DNA from: Candidatus Micrarchaeota archaeon
GTDB lineage: Archaea > Micrarchaeota > Micrarchaeia > Micrarchaeales > CABMGC01
NCBI GenBank assembly: GCA_021801225.1
Contig: JAJYYF010000012.1
Location: 58,656 to 122,655 of the forward strand
Direction: 5' to 3'
Length of the DNA stretch: 64,000 nt
The notes under the pieces are model-generated. The model was not told the DNA's origin, ran no database searches, and worked only from the letters and a program-made list of their open reading frames with translations. Within the stretch, counting starts at the first letter, position 1. Every line of letters begins with the position of its first letter. Of this stretch, positions 55,748 through 64,000 are shown piece by piece. Both the position numbers and the translations under genes were made by a program.

Positions 55748-56021
55748 GCAAGCTCCTCCACACTCACATCCTCCTCCTGCTCCTTGATTTGCTATAATCT
55801 CACCAATTATCTCTATTGTATATATTGATCACTAAAAAGCTATATAATACTATCAAATATCTAATATTTAAATTTTTAAACACAAATAGCTAGAAGTACC
55901 TCATTATTTACTGGCTACAAGATATCCTATAACTTATCTAACTACTTAAAAAATAATATAAAATAAATAAAAGAAAAAAACCAAACTGTTTTTCTTCAGA
56001 ATAATCTCCAAACTTGTGATT

Positions 56022-56759
56022 CTATGAAGGTATATCCGATGTTACTGCAGAGGCTAATTCAGTTTGAGCTATTTGCTTTCCACTTACAAGTACAATGGTT
56101 GCATAATCTCCTTTATAACCCTCTAATGCTGTAAATGAAAATTGACCGCTAACAGAACTTGCATAGTTATAAGTCAATCCATTCATCGTTGCGTTTGTAA
56201 CGTTATATTTACTTCCTAATAGTCCAAAAAACTTCAATGCTATTTTTGGAGTTGTACTTTTTACAATAATCTCTTCAATACTACTAATATTACCACTTGA
56301 TGTAGTGTTTTTATAAATAACATTCCATTCTTCTGTTCCATTTTTCAAGTAGTTATAATATGTACTATATGTATTTGTAGTATTAGCTATACTTTTATTT
56401 AATTGAGCTGCAAATGCAGATCCGGTGGTTGTTGTAATCGAATAGTTTCCAGAAACACCTAACAAAGTTTGCATCTGGTTATTTGAAAGAACTACACTAC
56501 TTGATGAGTTTTGCACAGTAGATGTATTTACAGTAGATGTATTAGTTGTCAAATTAGATGTCTTACTACTTGAGGTGTTTGCAATAACTGTGCTTTTTGC
56601 AGCACCACTACTATTGTTTGAAACAACCGTTGTAGCATTAGAAGTACTCTTATTGTTCAAAAGCAAGAATGCCCCTGCAATAATGACTACTATAATTATC
56701 ACTCCAATTCCTATTATTCCTTTTGATTTCATGAAATCATCAATATCTTTCTTTACCAA
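56022..56759 (-). CDS. membrane-anchored extracellular protein with S/T/N-rich linker, hypothetical
   Basis: 245 aa. An N-terminal signal-anchor (GIIGIGVIIIVVIIAGAFLLL) is followed by an S/T/N-rich region and then a ~130-aa globular part. Confidence 0.5.
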   Translation of the reverse strand: MVKKDIDDFMKSKGIIGIGVIIIVVIIAGAFLLLNNKSTSNATTVVSNNSSGAAKSTVIANTSSSKTSNLTTNTSTVNTSTVQNSSSSVVLSNNQMQTLLGVSGNYSITTTTGSAFAAQLNKSIANTTNTYSTYYNYLKNGTEEWNVIYKNTTSSGNISSIEEIIVKSTTPKIALKFFGLLGSKYNVTNATMNGLTYNYASSVSGQFSFTALEGYKGDYATIVLVSGKQIAQTELASAVTSDIPS

Positions 56760-56887
56760 ACATATAAAAACCTATTTTTTAACAAATCCTAACTCAAAAG
56801 TTTTTTATATTTTCATATAGATATTAGTTAGGAGTGTTATTTAACTAAAATTTCATGTAATAAGTAATAACCTGGAGAGAATTCATT

Positions 56888-58408
56888 ATGAAAAATAAGC
56901 CTATAATCATTATAATTAGAGATGGATGGGGATACAGAAAGGAAAAAGAGTTTAATGCTACTGAGATGGGTGAAAATCCTTATACAAGAATGCTTATGGA
57001 AAAATATCCTAATACCTTACTTGACGCTTCTGGAGAAGCCGTTGGTCTTCCTAAAGGTTATCAAGGCAACTCAGAAGTAGGGCATATGACTATAGGAGCC
57101 GGTAAAATATTTTTTCAATCACTCCCAAGAATTAATAAATCAATAGAAAGCGGTGAATTTTTTAAAAATCCAGAATTATCTAAGGCAATTGAAAATTGTA
57201 AAAAAAATAAAAGTACCTTTCATATACTCGGGTTATTACAAAAGGAAGGAGTACACGCACACATGGATCATTGTATCGCATTAATAGAATTATGTAAAAA
57301 AGAAAACATATCCGATGTGTTAATACACATAATATCTGATGGAAGAGACTCTCCAGTGGATCAAACTTTAAAAAATGTAAAAGAATTAGAAGAAATTATT
57401 AAAAAGATTGGAATTGGAAAGATAGCAACTATCTCCGGAAGATACTATGCAATGGATAGAGATAAAAAATGGGATAGAACTAAAGTCGCATTCGATTGTA
57501 TACAAAACGGAATCACCGATATAATATTCGATAATATTGATAAGAGTATTGAAGAAAGTTATTCTAAGGGAGAAACTGATGAATTTTTAAAACCAAGAAA
57601 GGCAATATGGTATCAAGGAATTAAAAATAATGATAGCGTAGTCTTTTTCAATTTTAGAACTGATAGAACAAGACAACTTACTATGGCTTTAATAGAAGAT
57701 AATTTTGAAGGTTGGGAAAGAAAACCCCTAAACATATTTTTTGTAGCAATGACGGAGTTCTATTCTCCAATGAATAATAGGGGTCACGTAGCTTTCCCTA
57801 CCGAACCGGTTGTAAACCTTTTAGGGGAGGTACTTTCAAAAAATAATCTTAAACAGTTGAGAATAAGTGAAACTGAAAAGTATGCACATGTAACATTTTT
57901 CTTTAATGGTCAAATGGAAAAAGCGTATGAAGGCGAGGAAAGAATTTTAGTTCCTAGCCCAAAAGTTTCAACTTATGACCTTAAACCAGAGATGTCGGTT
58001 TATGAACTTGGAGATAGAATAGTAGAAGAGATTAAAAAACAAAAATATGATGTGATAATAACAAATCTAGTAAATGCAGATATGGTTGGTCATACGGGAG
58101 TTTGGGAGGCAATTCTTAAGGCAGTAAAGGCTGTAGATGATAATCTTAAAAAAATAACCCAAGCCGGTCTACAACAAAATGGAGTAATTTTAATATTGGG
58201 GGATCATGGTTGTATTGAAGAAAAAACCCCTGAACTCAAAACAAGTCATACTAAAAATAAAATACCATTTATAATGGTAAGCAATGATCAAAAATTACTT
58301 TCAGTAAAATTAAAAGAAGGAAGAGGTTTGCAAGATGTTGCACCTACTGTACTGAAGTTGCTTGAAATAAATCAACCGTTAGAGATGACCGGTGAGCCTC
58401 TTTTTTAA
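56888..58408 (+). CDS. gpmI: 2,3-bisphosphoglycerate-independent phosphoglycerate mutase (GpmI type)
   Basis: 506 aa with RDGWGY, GNSEVGHMTIGAG, NLVNADMVGHTG and GDHG. Confidence 0.9.
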   Translation: MKNKPIIIIIRDGWGYRKEKEFNATEMGENPYTRMLMEKYPNTLLDASGEAVGLPKGYQGNSEVGHMTIGAGKIFFQSLPRINKSIESGEFFKNPELSKAIENCKKNKSTFHILGLLQKEGVHAHMDHCIALIELCKKENISDVLIHIISDGRDSPVDQTLKNVKELEEIIKKIGIGKIATISGRYYAMDRDKKWDRTKVAFDCIQNGITDIIFDNIDKSIEESYSKGETDEFLKPRKAIWYQGIKNNDSVVFFNFRTDRTRQLTMALIEDNFEGWERKPLNIFFVAMTEFYSPMNNRGHVAFPTEPVVNLLGEVLSKNNLKQLRISETEKYAHVTFFFNGQMEKAYEGEERILVPSPKVSTYDLKPEMSVYELGDRIVEEIKKQKYDVIITNLVNADMVGHTGVWEAILKAVKAVDDNLKKITQAGLQQNGVILILGDHGCIEEKTPELKTSHTKNKIPFIMVSNDQKLLSVKLKEGRGLQDVAPTVLKLLEINQPLEMTGEPLF

Positions 58409-59853
58409 CAAGAATAGCTACTTTTATTAACAAATAATGTAAAGTTTTCATTTTTGAATAAAACACTATCATTATATGTAGATATTGCATTTGGAGAAGT
58501 CCCAAAATAATTGAAAATTAACTTTGGATATTTCGAAGAATTTTTAATATAACCATATGGTGAAAATGCCGAAATATTATAATACCTCAAATATACCCAA
58601 TCATTAGATATGATACTACAATTTTGAAGATTATAACTTTGGAGAATATTCTGATTTTGATTAAAAATTCTAAAAAAACTTAAGTTCGATACTCCAATCA
58701 AATTAGAAATATTTATTGAAATTAATATTATTGTTCCTACCATGCAAATTAATGAAAATGCGTATAATGTATAAACCGATAATTTATATTTTTTACGTGT
58801 ATTCCCTTTTTCTTTTAATGTGGTGATATTTATCGCAATTAAAAGAGCTATTGATGTATATAGAAAATATGCATATCGTGTCTGATCAAATACGCTTTCA
58901 TGAAAACCTAAAATAACAAACAAAATTAAAGATAGTATTGAAAATATTATTGTAATGAAATAGGCTCTTTCTTTTAAATAAAAATTTCTTATCTTATATA
59001 TTGGTTTTTTTATCTTTTCCCTTAAGTTGTAATTTAATAAATTCTTTCTTTTTGCAATTGTTAGAATTATAATTCCAGGAATAAAGTTAATTATAATAAT
59101 TAATAATGAAATAACAGACGGCATGCTTATCGGACTGCTCTCAAGAGATACACTTATTGAAGAAAAATAACTGTAAAAAAAGTTACCAAAAAAAGCGTAA
59201 TTAAATATCAGCCATGGGAGAGTCACTAAGCCAAAACCTACATAGCTATATAATATTTTTTTCTTATCCGTTTGAAAAAGAAGCATCGGTAGAAATATTA
59301 ACGCTGTGTATTTTGATAAACCTGCAAGACCAAGAAATATTCCTGAGTACCATTTCCCTTTTATCTGAAGACCCAATGCAAAAAGCATAAAAATTAAGGA
59401 AAGTATCTCCTCACTATTTACAAAAAATGGAAAACTAAATAGATATGGGAGTATTAATAATGACGATATAACCATAAACTCTATTTTCATTGATTTCGAT
59501 ATGTAAAAAATAGACACGAACAGAAAAATAACCATGAGCAATAGGTAAATAATTAGTGCATAATTGACACTTACTAAATCAATTATTGAAAATAAAATAA
59601 TACTTAACGGAGCTCTGTAAATTTCGAAGTATAACTCCTTACTTTCCAATATACCAAACTTAATCGAGGTTTGATTATTTGAAATAATATTTGTTAAAAA
59701 ATTAGTAAAATTTTTTGAAAGAATCGCTTTAGAGCTTAAAAAATGAGCAACGAAATCCCAACCAACACCATATGTATAATATAATTGTGTTATCACTACT
59801 CCAAATAGTACAAACAATAAAAGAGTTAGAACAAGTTTTTGATTATTCTGCAT
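58405..59853 (-). CDS. polytopic membrane protein (about 12 TM), possibly a GT-C-fold glycosyltransferase
   Basis: 482 aa. The hydrophobic N-terminal 380 aa carry many TM helices, and a soluble C-terminal domain follows. This architecture resembles ArnT/PMT/AglB-like enzymes, but no motif is confirmed. Confidence 0.35.
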   Translation of the reverse strand: MQNNQKLVLTLLLFVLFGVVITQLYYTYGVGWDFVAHFLSSKAILSKNFTNFLTNIISNNQTSIKFGILESKELYFEIYRAPLSIILFSIIDLVSVNYALIIYLLLMVIFLFVSIFYISKSMKIEFMVISSLLILPYLFSFPFFVNSEEILSLIFMLFALGLQIKGKWYSGIFLGLAGLSKYTALIFLPMLLFQTDKKKILYSYVGFGLVTLPWLIFNYAFFGNFFYSYFSSISVSLESSPISMPSVISLLIIIINFIPGIIILTIAKRKNLLNYNLREKIKKPIYKIRNFYLKERAYFITIIFSILSLILFVILGFHESVFDQTRYAYFLYTSIALLIAINITTLKEKGNTRKKYKLSVYTLYAFSLICMVGTIILISINISNLIGVSNLSFFRIFNQNQNILQSYNLQNCSIISNDWVYLRYYNISAFSPYGYIKNSSKYPKLIFNYFGTSPNAISTYNDSVLFKNENFTLFVNKSSYSC

Positions 59854-59862
59854 TTATCTACC

Positions 59863-60966
59863 TTAAAAAATATCGAGTTTTTGAACAATTTTTTCTAAAT
59901 CAACATCTTCATTTTTTAGTAATGACTTATCTATATCCTTTAAGGATATTTTTTGATATTTTTCTTTAATCTGGTTTATTCTGTCAATTAATTTTTCAAA
60001 AAATAGTTTTTTAAGTTCTCCACTTAGTAATCTACCTTTTTTATAATCATCATAAATATCTTCTGATTCTTTTTTACTTAGGAAATAATTTTTTAAATAA
60101 ATATATGACACATCAACATCTGGATTTCCACCTAATTTTCTATGTTCTTCTATTGAAGATTGACCACCACTAAAAGCACTCATCACCTTTCTCTTTATTT
60201 CTTTTTCTTCTTCAAGAATGAATATGCTATTGTTCTTAGATTTAGACATTTTTTTACCATCAAGTCCAGGTAGAAATAATGTATGCAAAACAGAAGGTTT
60301 TTTGTAATCAAATTTATCTGCAAGATCTCTACAAACTCTAAGATGAGCATCTTCGTCAGGTCCTATAGGGACAATCACATTTTTAATTCCAAATTCCTGT
60401 GGCAATAATACATGAGCAGATTGTACAGCAGGATAAAAATGTAAACCTACATTTTGATCAGGGGTATGGCCATAGACTGCACGTATTTCAGATAGTGTTA
60501 TGCCTCTCGAAAGCTTCATCGAAAAATTGTATATATTTGTATATAACTGATCAATAATTATGTTTGTATTCTTTGGATCATAACCATAAGCAAGCATTAA
60601 TCTGGCAAGCTTTATCGAATTTTTAAGTGCTTCTTCCTGTGTCTTTACCTTTAATGATACATAACTTTCATCATCAGATATTGGAAGAAAAAGTTTTGCA
60701 TTAAATTTTTGTTGAAAAAATAAGTTAGTATCAAAAACAACCATATGTCCTATGTGCATTGTAGAACTTGCATTAAAACCAGAAACCACTGCACTTTTAA
60801 CACCTTTTCTAATTTCTGAATAAAAATTATTAAAGTCTCTATGAGAATATATAAGATTATTATTGAATGTATAAAAATTTGGCAAATCTTTTAAATCAGA
60901 AATCTTACTAGCTCCGAAGGTATCGACTAATTTTTTATTATCCTCCAATAATTCATTTTCTTTCAT
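59863..60966 (-). CDS. trpS: tryptophan--tRNA ligase (archaeal/eukaryotic type)
   Basis: SGFNASSTMHIGHMVVFDTNLFFQQKFNAKLFLPISDDESYV parallels human TrpRS [43 protein letters not shown]. A KMSKS motif is present (GKKMSKSK). Confidence 0.8.
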   Translation of the reverse strand: MKENELLEDNKKLVDTFGASKISDLKDLPNFYTFNNNLIYSHRDFNNFYSEIRKGVKSAVVSGFNASSTMHIGHMVVFDTNLFFQQKFNAKLFLPISDDESYVSLKVKTQEEALKNSIKLARLMLAYGYDPKNTNIIIDQLYTNIYNFSMKLSRGITLSEIRAVYGHTPDQNVGLHFYPAVQSAHVLLPQEFGIKNVIVPIGPDEDAHLRVCRDLADKFDYKKPSVLHTLFLPGLDGKKMSKSKNNSIFILEEEKEIKRKVMSAFSGGQSSIEEHRKLGGNPDVDVSYIYLKNYFLSKKESEDIYDDYKKGRLLSGELKKLFFEKLIDRINQIKEKYQKISLKDIDKSLLKNEDVDLEKIVQKLDIF

Positions 60967-61367
60967 GACTTAATATTATAAATATCCCTATAAAAGGTTT
61001 TCCTTAAATGCTAATAAACCTGTTATTAGGCTGTTTAATTTTATGTATGTAAAATGCAACCACCATATTTTGTGTTTATGTGTGTTTCAATCAATACGCA
61101 ATAAAGCAAGAAAATACAGGCATGTTCACTTAATTATGCTTATGTGTAATAATATCATAGAACATTGAATCCCTTATGGTATTGGCTAGGGACCTTACGA
61201 ATTTTAGTGGCATCTCAGATAAAATATATTAAAAATTGCTTAATTTTTTTAAGAATGTTTGTTTTTAAGTGATTTGCAGAGTAAAAAATGTTAAGCAATT
61301 AAAATATTCGCTTAATCTTGCTTAAATTTTACCTGAATCAAATAAAATATTTAAATCTATTAAGCAT

Positions 61368-63008
61368 TCATTTTTTACTACCTTTATTTTTACTTACCTT
61401 CATTTTATAATAGATTATAGCTATTACAACAATTATTACTAAAACTATCAAAACTATTGCTGATCCATTGCCTCCTGAGGAAGATTGTTGTTCTGTGTTG
61501 TTTGTTGATTTTCCAGATCCAGAGTTTGAAAATACTTCTGCATAGTAATCGGTAGATCCAAAGAACTGTTGATTTATTCCAGAATTTGGTTGTTTCCATT
61601 GTTCATATATTACAATTGGATAATTTCCCTGCTTTCCGTTAGGATCTATACTTACATAAAAAGTAACATTTACTGATTGATTAATACCTAAATAATTTAA
61701 GTACGCATCTCCAGATACTGGACTTATAGGATATATTGTTTGTAGTGATAAAGAAACATTATTTGCAGGTTCGTTACCTATATTTGTTATAGTTAAATTC
61801 AGTGGTGCATATGTTGCTCCAGGAGTTAAATTATCATTTATGTTTTTTATATTAAAAACTACACTTTTAGCTATACTTAATGGAATATATTCGGTAGAAT
61901 TCATTGTAGGGCCTAAATTTGCATTTTGGTAAGAAATATGTACCGGTATGGACTCGTTATTCTGTGTATTTGGTCCTGCTTGAATTGTTATCATCTCTGT
62001 TGTAGAACTCTCAGATCCCAGGGTTCCTACAAAAACCTTAGTATTTGAATTTGTTACAAAAATATTATTTCCATTTAAAAAGTTGAGTTGAAGATTCTGT
62101 GCATCTCCACTGCCAATATTTTGTACAAGTAACTCTAATGTTTGATTTCCTCCAGAATATAATATGCTAGGATTTGTTTTTATTATACTCAATTTTATTT
62201 CAGGATTATTTACTAATATAGACATAGATAAATTTCTGTAAATTTTAGACATACTTCCATTTTGATTCTGGTATGTTATTACTGTGCTTAGATTACTCAA
62301 GCCTTTTGTTATATTGCTTAACGTAAATAAGTCTGCATTTACTGTTTGTGAAGAGCCGGCCTGTATATTTCCTAAACTAAACTCATCTGGTCCAGATACT
62401 GTAAAGTACTTATTATTTAGTACCTGAATACTTGCATTATACGCTTCACCAGTTCCAGAATTTGTCACTGTAAGCTGAATATTACTTGTTTGCCCTGGTT
62501 GAATTGTAGTTCCTGAAGGTAAATAGCCATTAACATTCAATTCAGGCATACCGTAAATATAAATTGTTATTGGTATTGTAGAAGAACCTGTTATTGTTTG
62601 GGTTGAACCACTAGCTGTTGTTGTAGTTTGATACGTGGCTAAAACATCCATAGTATATGTACCCGAAGGTATATTTTTAGGTATATTTATGTCATATGTA
62701 AAGTAAGTGTTACTCCCACCATATATACCCTGAGACATCGAATTTATCAGAGTTGATTGTGTAGGTGAAAAATTAAGCAAAGGATAACTTCCTGAAAGCT
62801 GTATATTTACATTATTTAATGTTGATGAGTAAGAGTCATATATTTGGAAAGAAATTACTGCTTTAGAACCAGCATATAATGGATTTGGGCTAATCTGTAA
62901 ATTGGTTATAGATAACGCACCAGATACTGACTGCGCATATATGCTACTAACGCTACCTAAAAAAATAGCTACCGTAATTCCTAATAATATACAATTTATC
63001 CTGTTCAT
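61368..63008 (-). CDS. COG1361/CARDB-type repeat envelope protein (S-layer-domain-like) with C-terminal TM anchor
   Basis: 546 aa with a signal peptide. Four repeats have the pattern L.V.N.G.G.A.N..(I/L)... (for example LTVTNSGTGEAYNASIQVL, LLVQNIGSGDAQNLQLNFL, LTITNIGNEPANNVSLSLQ). The C-terminus is AIVLIVLVIIVVIAIIYYKMKVSKNKGSKK. Confidence 0.6.
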   Translation of the reverse strand: MNRINCILLGITVAIFLGSVSSIYAQSVSGALSITNLQISPNPLYAGSKAVISFQIYDSYSSTLNNVNIQLSGSYPLLNFSPTQSTLINSMSQGIYGGSNTYFTYDINIPKNIPSGTYTMDVLATYQTTTTASGSTQTITGSSTIPITIYIYGMPELNVNGYLPSGTTIQPGQTSNIQLTVTNSGTGEAYNASIQVLNNKYFTVSGPDEFSLGNIQAGSSQTVNADLFTLSNITKGLSNLSTVITYQNQNGSMSKIYRNLSMSILVNNPEIKLSIIKTNPSILYSGGNQTLELLVQNIGSGDAQNLQLNFLNGNNIFVTNSNTKVFVGTLGSESSTTEMITIQAGPNTQNNESIPVHISYQNANLGPTMNSTEYIPLSIAKSVVFNIKNINDNLTPGATYAPLNLTITNIGNEPANNVSLSLQTIYPISPVSGDAYLNYLGINQSVNVTFYVSIDPNGKQGNYPIVIYEQWKQPNSGINQQFFGSTDYYAEVFSNSGSGKSTNNTEQQSSSGGNGSAIVLIVLVIIVVIAIIYYKMKVSKNKGSKK

Positions 63009-63016
63009 TTTTTCAC

Positions 63017-64000
63017 CTAATTAATATTTTTTTTGAATAATATAAAACTTAATAAAATTCCAGCTAAAAGAAATATTCCAAAAACTGAAAAATCTATTAT
63101 TGTTGAAGATATTGGTAAATAGCCTACTAACATTATATCTCTTATCGCACTAACTGCATAAGATAATGGATTTACATTACTTATTAGATTTAAATATCCT
63201 GGGAAAGCTGTTGTTGGTAATAATGCTCCAGATATAAACCAAAGAGCCAGACCTATTAAAAATGCAAAAATAGTATATGCCTCTATTTTTTTAATTTTTG
63301 AGGCCATAAGAGTTGCTATACCACTAAATCCAATAGATATAACTATTGCAATTACAAAAATTAATAAAACTCCAAGCATACCCATTGCTATAGTAGCACC
63401 GTCTGCAAGACCTATAAGCAAAGCTAAAAATACATATAATACTGACTGAGTAGTTCCTGCAAGTATTTTTCCGACTATTATCGAATTTTTATTTATTGGA
63501 GCTATCAAAAAAGATTTTAGAGTTCCTAAATCCCTATCGTTTATTAATGATATTCCTCCACCAAATAATGCACCAAAAGCAGCTACAAGACCTAGAACAC
63601 CGGCTATCAAGAAACTTTTATAATTTGTACTTGCTCCATAAAGTTCAATATCCGAAACCGGTGATGCTTTATTTACTTCTTGATTTGAAAATGCCTGTTC
63701 TGCAAGATTTGTATTTCCGCCTAATGTGCTTATAGTTGACTGTACTGTTGATAGAACGCTGCCTATTGCACTAAAACCAGTTGCACTGTAATATATATCT
63801 ACTGTGGGGTTATTATTGTTTGTATTGGGAAATCCAGGTAATATAACTATTACTGCACTAGTCTGACTATTATGTAGTTGATTTATTGCTGAATTCTCAG
63901 AAGTTATATTGCTTATTAATAAGGTCTGAGTTTGAACTAAATCATTTATGAAAGCATAAGACTGGGGATTTTGTGCATAATTGACAACTAGCACATGGCT
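63017..64000 (-). CDS. ABC-2-type transporter permease (N-terminus probably outside the window)
   Basis: A large extracytoplasmic loop is followed by 5 TM helices (GVLGLVAAFGALFGGG..., ILAGTTQSVLYVFLALLIGL..., and others), which is typical ABC-2 topology. The first TM is apparently missing and the ORF is open to the window edge. Confidence 0.65.
   Translation of the reverse strand, partial: SHVLVVNYAQNPQSYAFINDLVQTQTLLISNITSENSAINQLHNSQTSAVIVILPGFPNTNNNNPTVDIYYSATGFSAIGSVLSTVQSTISTLGGNTNLAEQAFSNQEVNKASPVSDIELYGASTNYKSFLIAGVLGLVAAFGALFGGGISLINDRDLGTLKSFLIAPINKNSIIVGKILAGTTQSVLYVFLALLIGLADGATIAMGMLGVLLIFVIAIVISIGFSGIATLMASKIKKIEAYTIFAFLIGLALWFISGALLPTTAFPGYLNLISNVNPLSYAVSAIRDIMLVGYLPISSTIIDFSVFGIFLLAGILLSFILFKKNIN

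Noticed and set aside
1-64000. Search for mobile elements (transposase, integrase, IS inverted repeats), rRNA genes, RNase P / SRP RNA and provirus-like gene sets.
   Set aside because: No ORF shows DDE/tyrosine-recombinase/serine-recombinase motifs. No long terminal inverted repeats were noticed. No GC-rich structured non-coding stretch long enough for rRNA, SRP or RNase P RNA was seen. The only integration-like signal is the 11-bp tRNA-Ala repeat reported above.

Overview
This is a 64-kb, strongly AT-rich, gene-dense chromosomal segment from an archaeon. The archaeal markers are a class-I CCA-adding enzyme, prefoldin beta, isopentenyl-phosphate kinase, a eukaryote/archaea-type TrpRS, an intron-containing tRNA and a class III (prepilin-like) signal peptide. 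The style fits a small-genome lineage (DPANN-like or Thermoplasmata-like), but I cannot resolve this without a database search. Genes lie on both strands with several 4-nt ATGA overlaps. Housekeeping content includes ScpA/ScpB, MscL, MsrA/MsrB, a DHH phosphoesterase, PolX, enolase, iPGM, TrpRS, a ClC channel, MazG and three tRNAs (Val-CAC, Lys-UUU, intron-containing Ala-CGC). A tight six-gene operon mixes TCA-type enzymes (citrate synthase, isocitrate dehydrogenase, PrpD-family dehydratase) with a ComA-like enzyme, an uncharacterised 471-aa protein and a 2-hydroxyacid dehydrogenase. Mevalonate-pathway genes (MVK, MDD-family decarboxylase, IPK) are also present. The most unusual content is about 16 kb (roughly a quarter of the window) encoding four very large Asn/Ser/Thr-rich envelope proteins built from shuffled modules. 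Three of them lie in a row at 34.7-46.4 kb, and one carries a prepilin-type signal fused to a many-bladed beta-propeller. Smaller oddities are a visibly GC-richer VOC/glyoxalase gene flanked by an 11-bp direct repeat of the tRNA-Ala 3' end, an unannotated Cys-rich (metallothionein-like) mini-ORF, and a divergent HerA/FtsK-like ATPase plus unknown-protein pair. I saw no rRNA, CRISPR array, transposase or integrase. All functional calls rest on motif recognition by eye, with no searches run.
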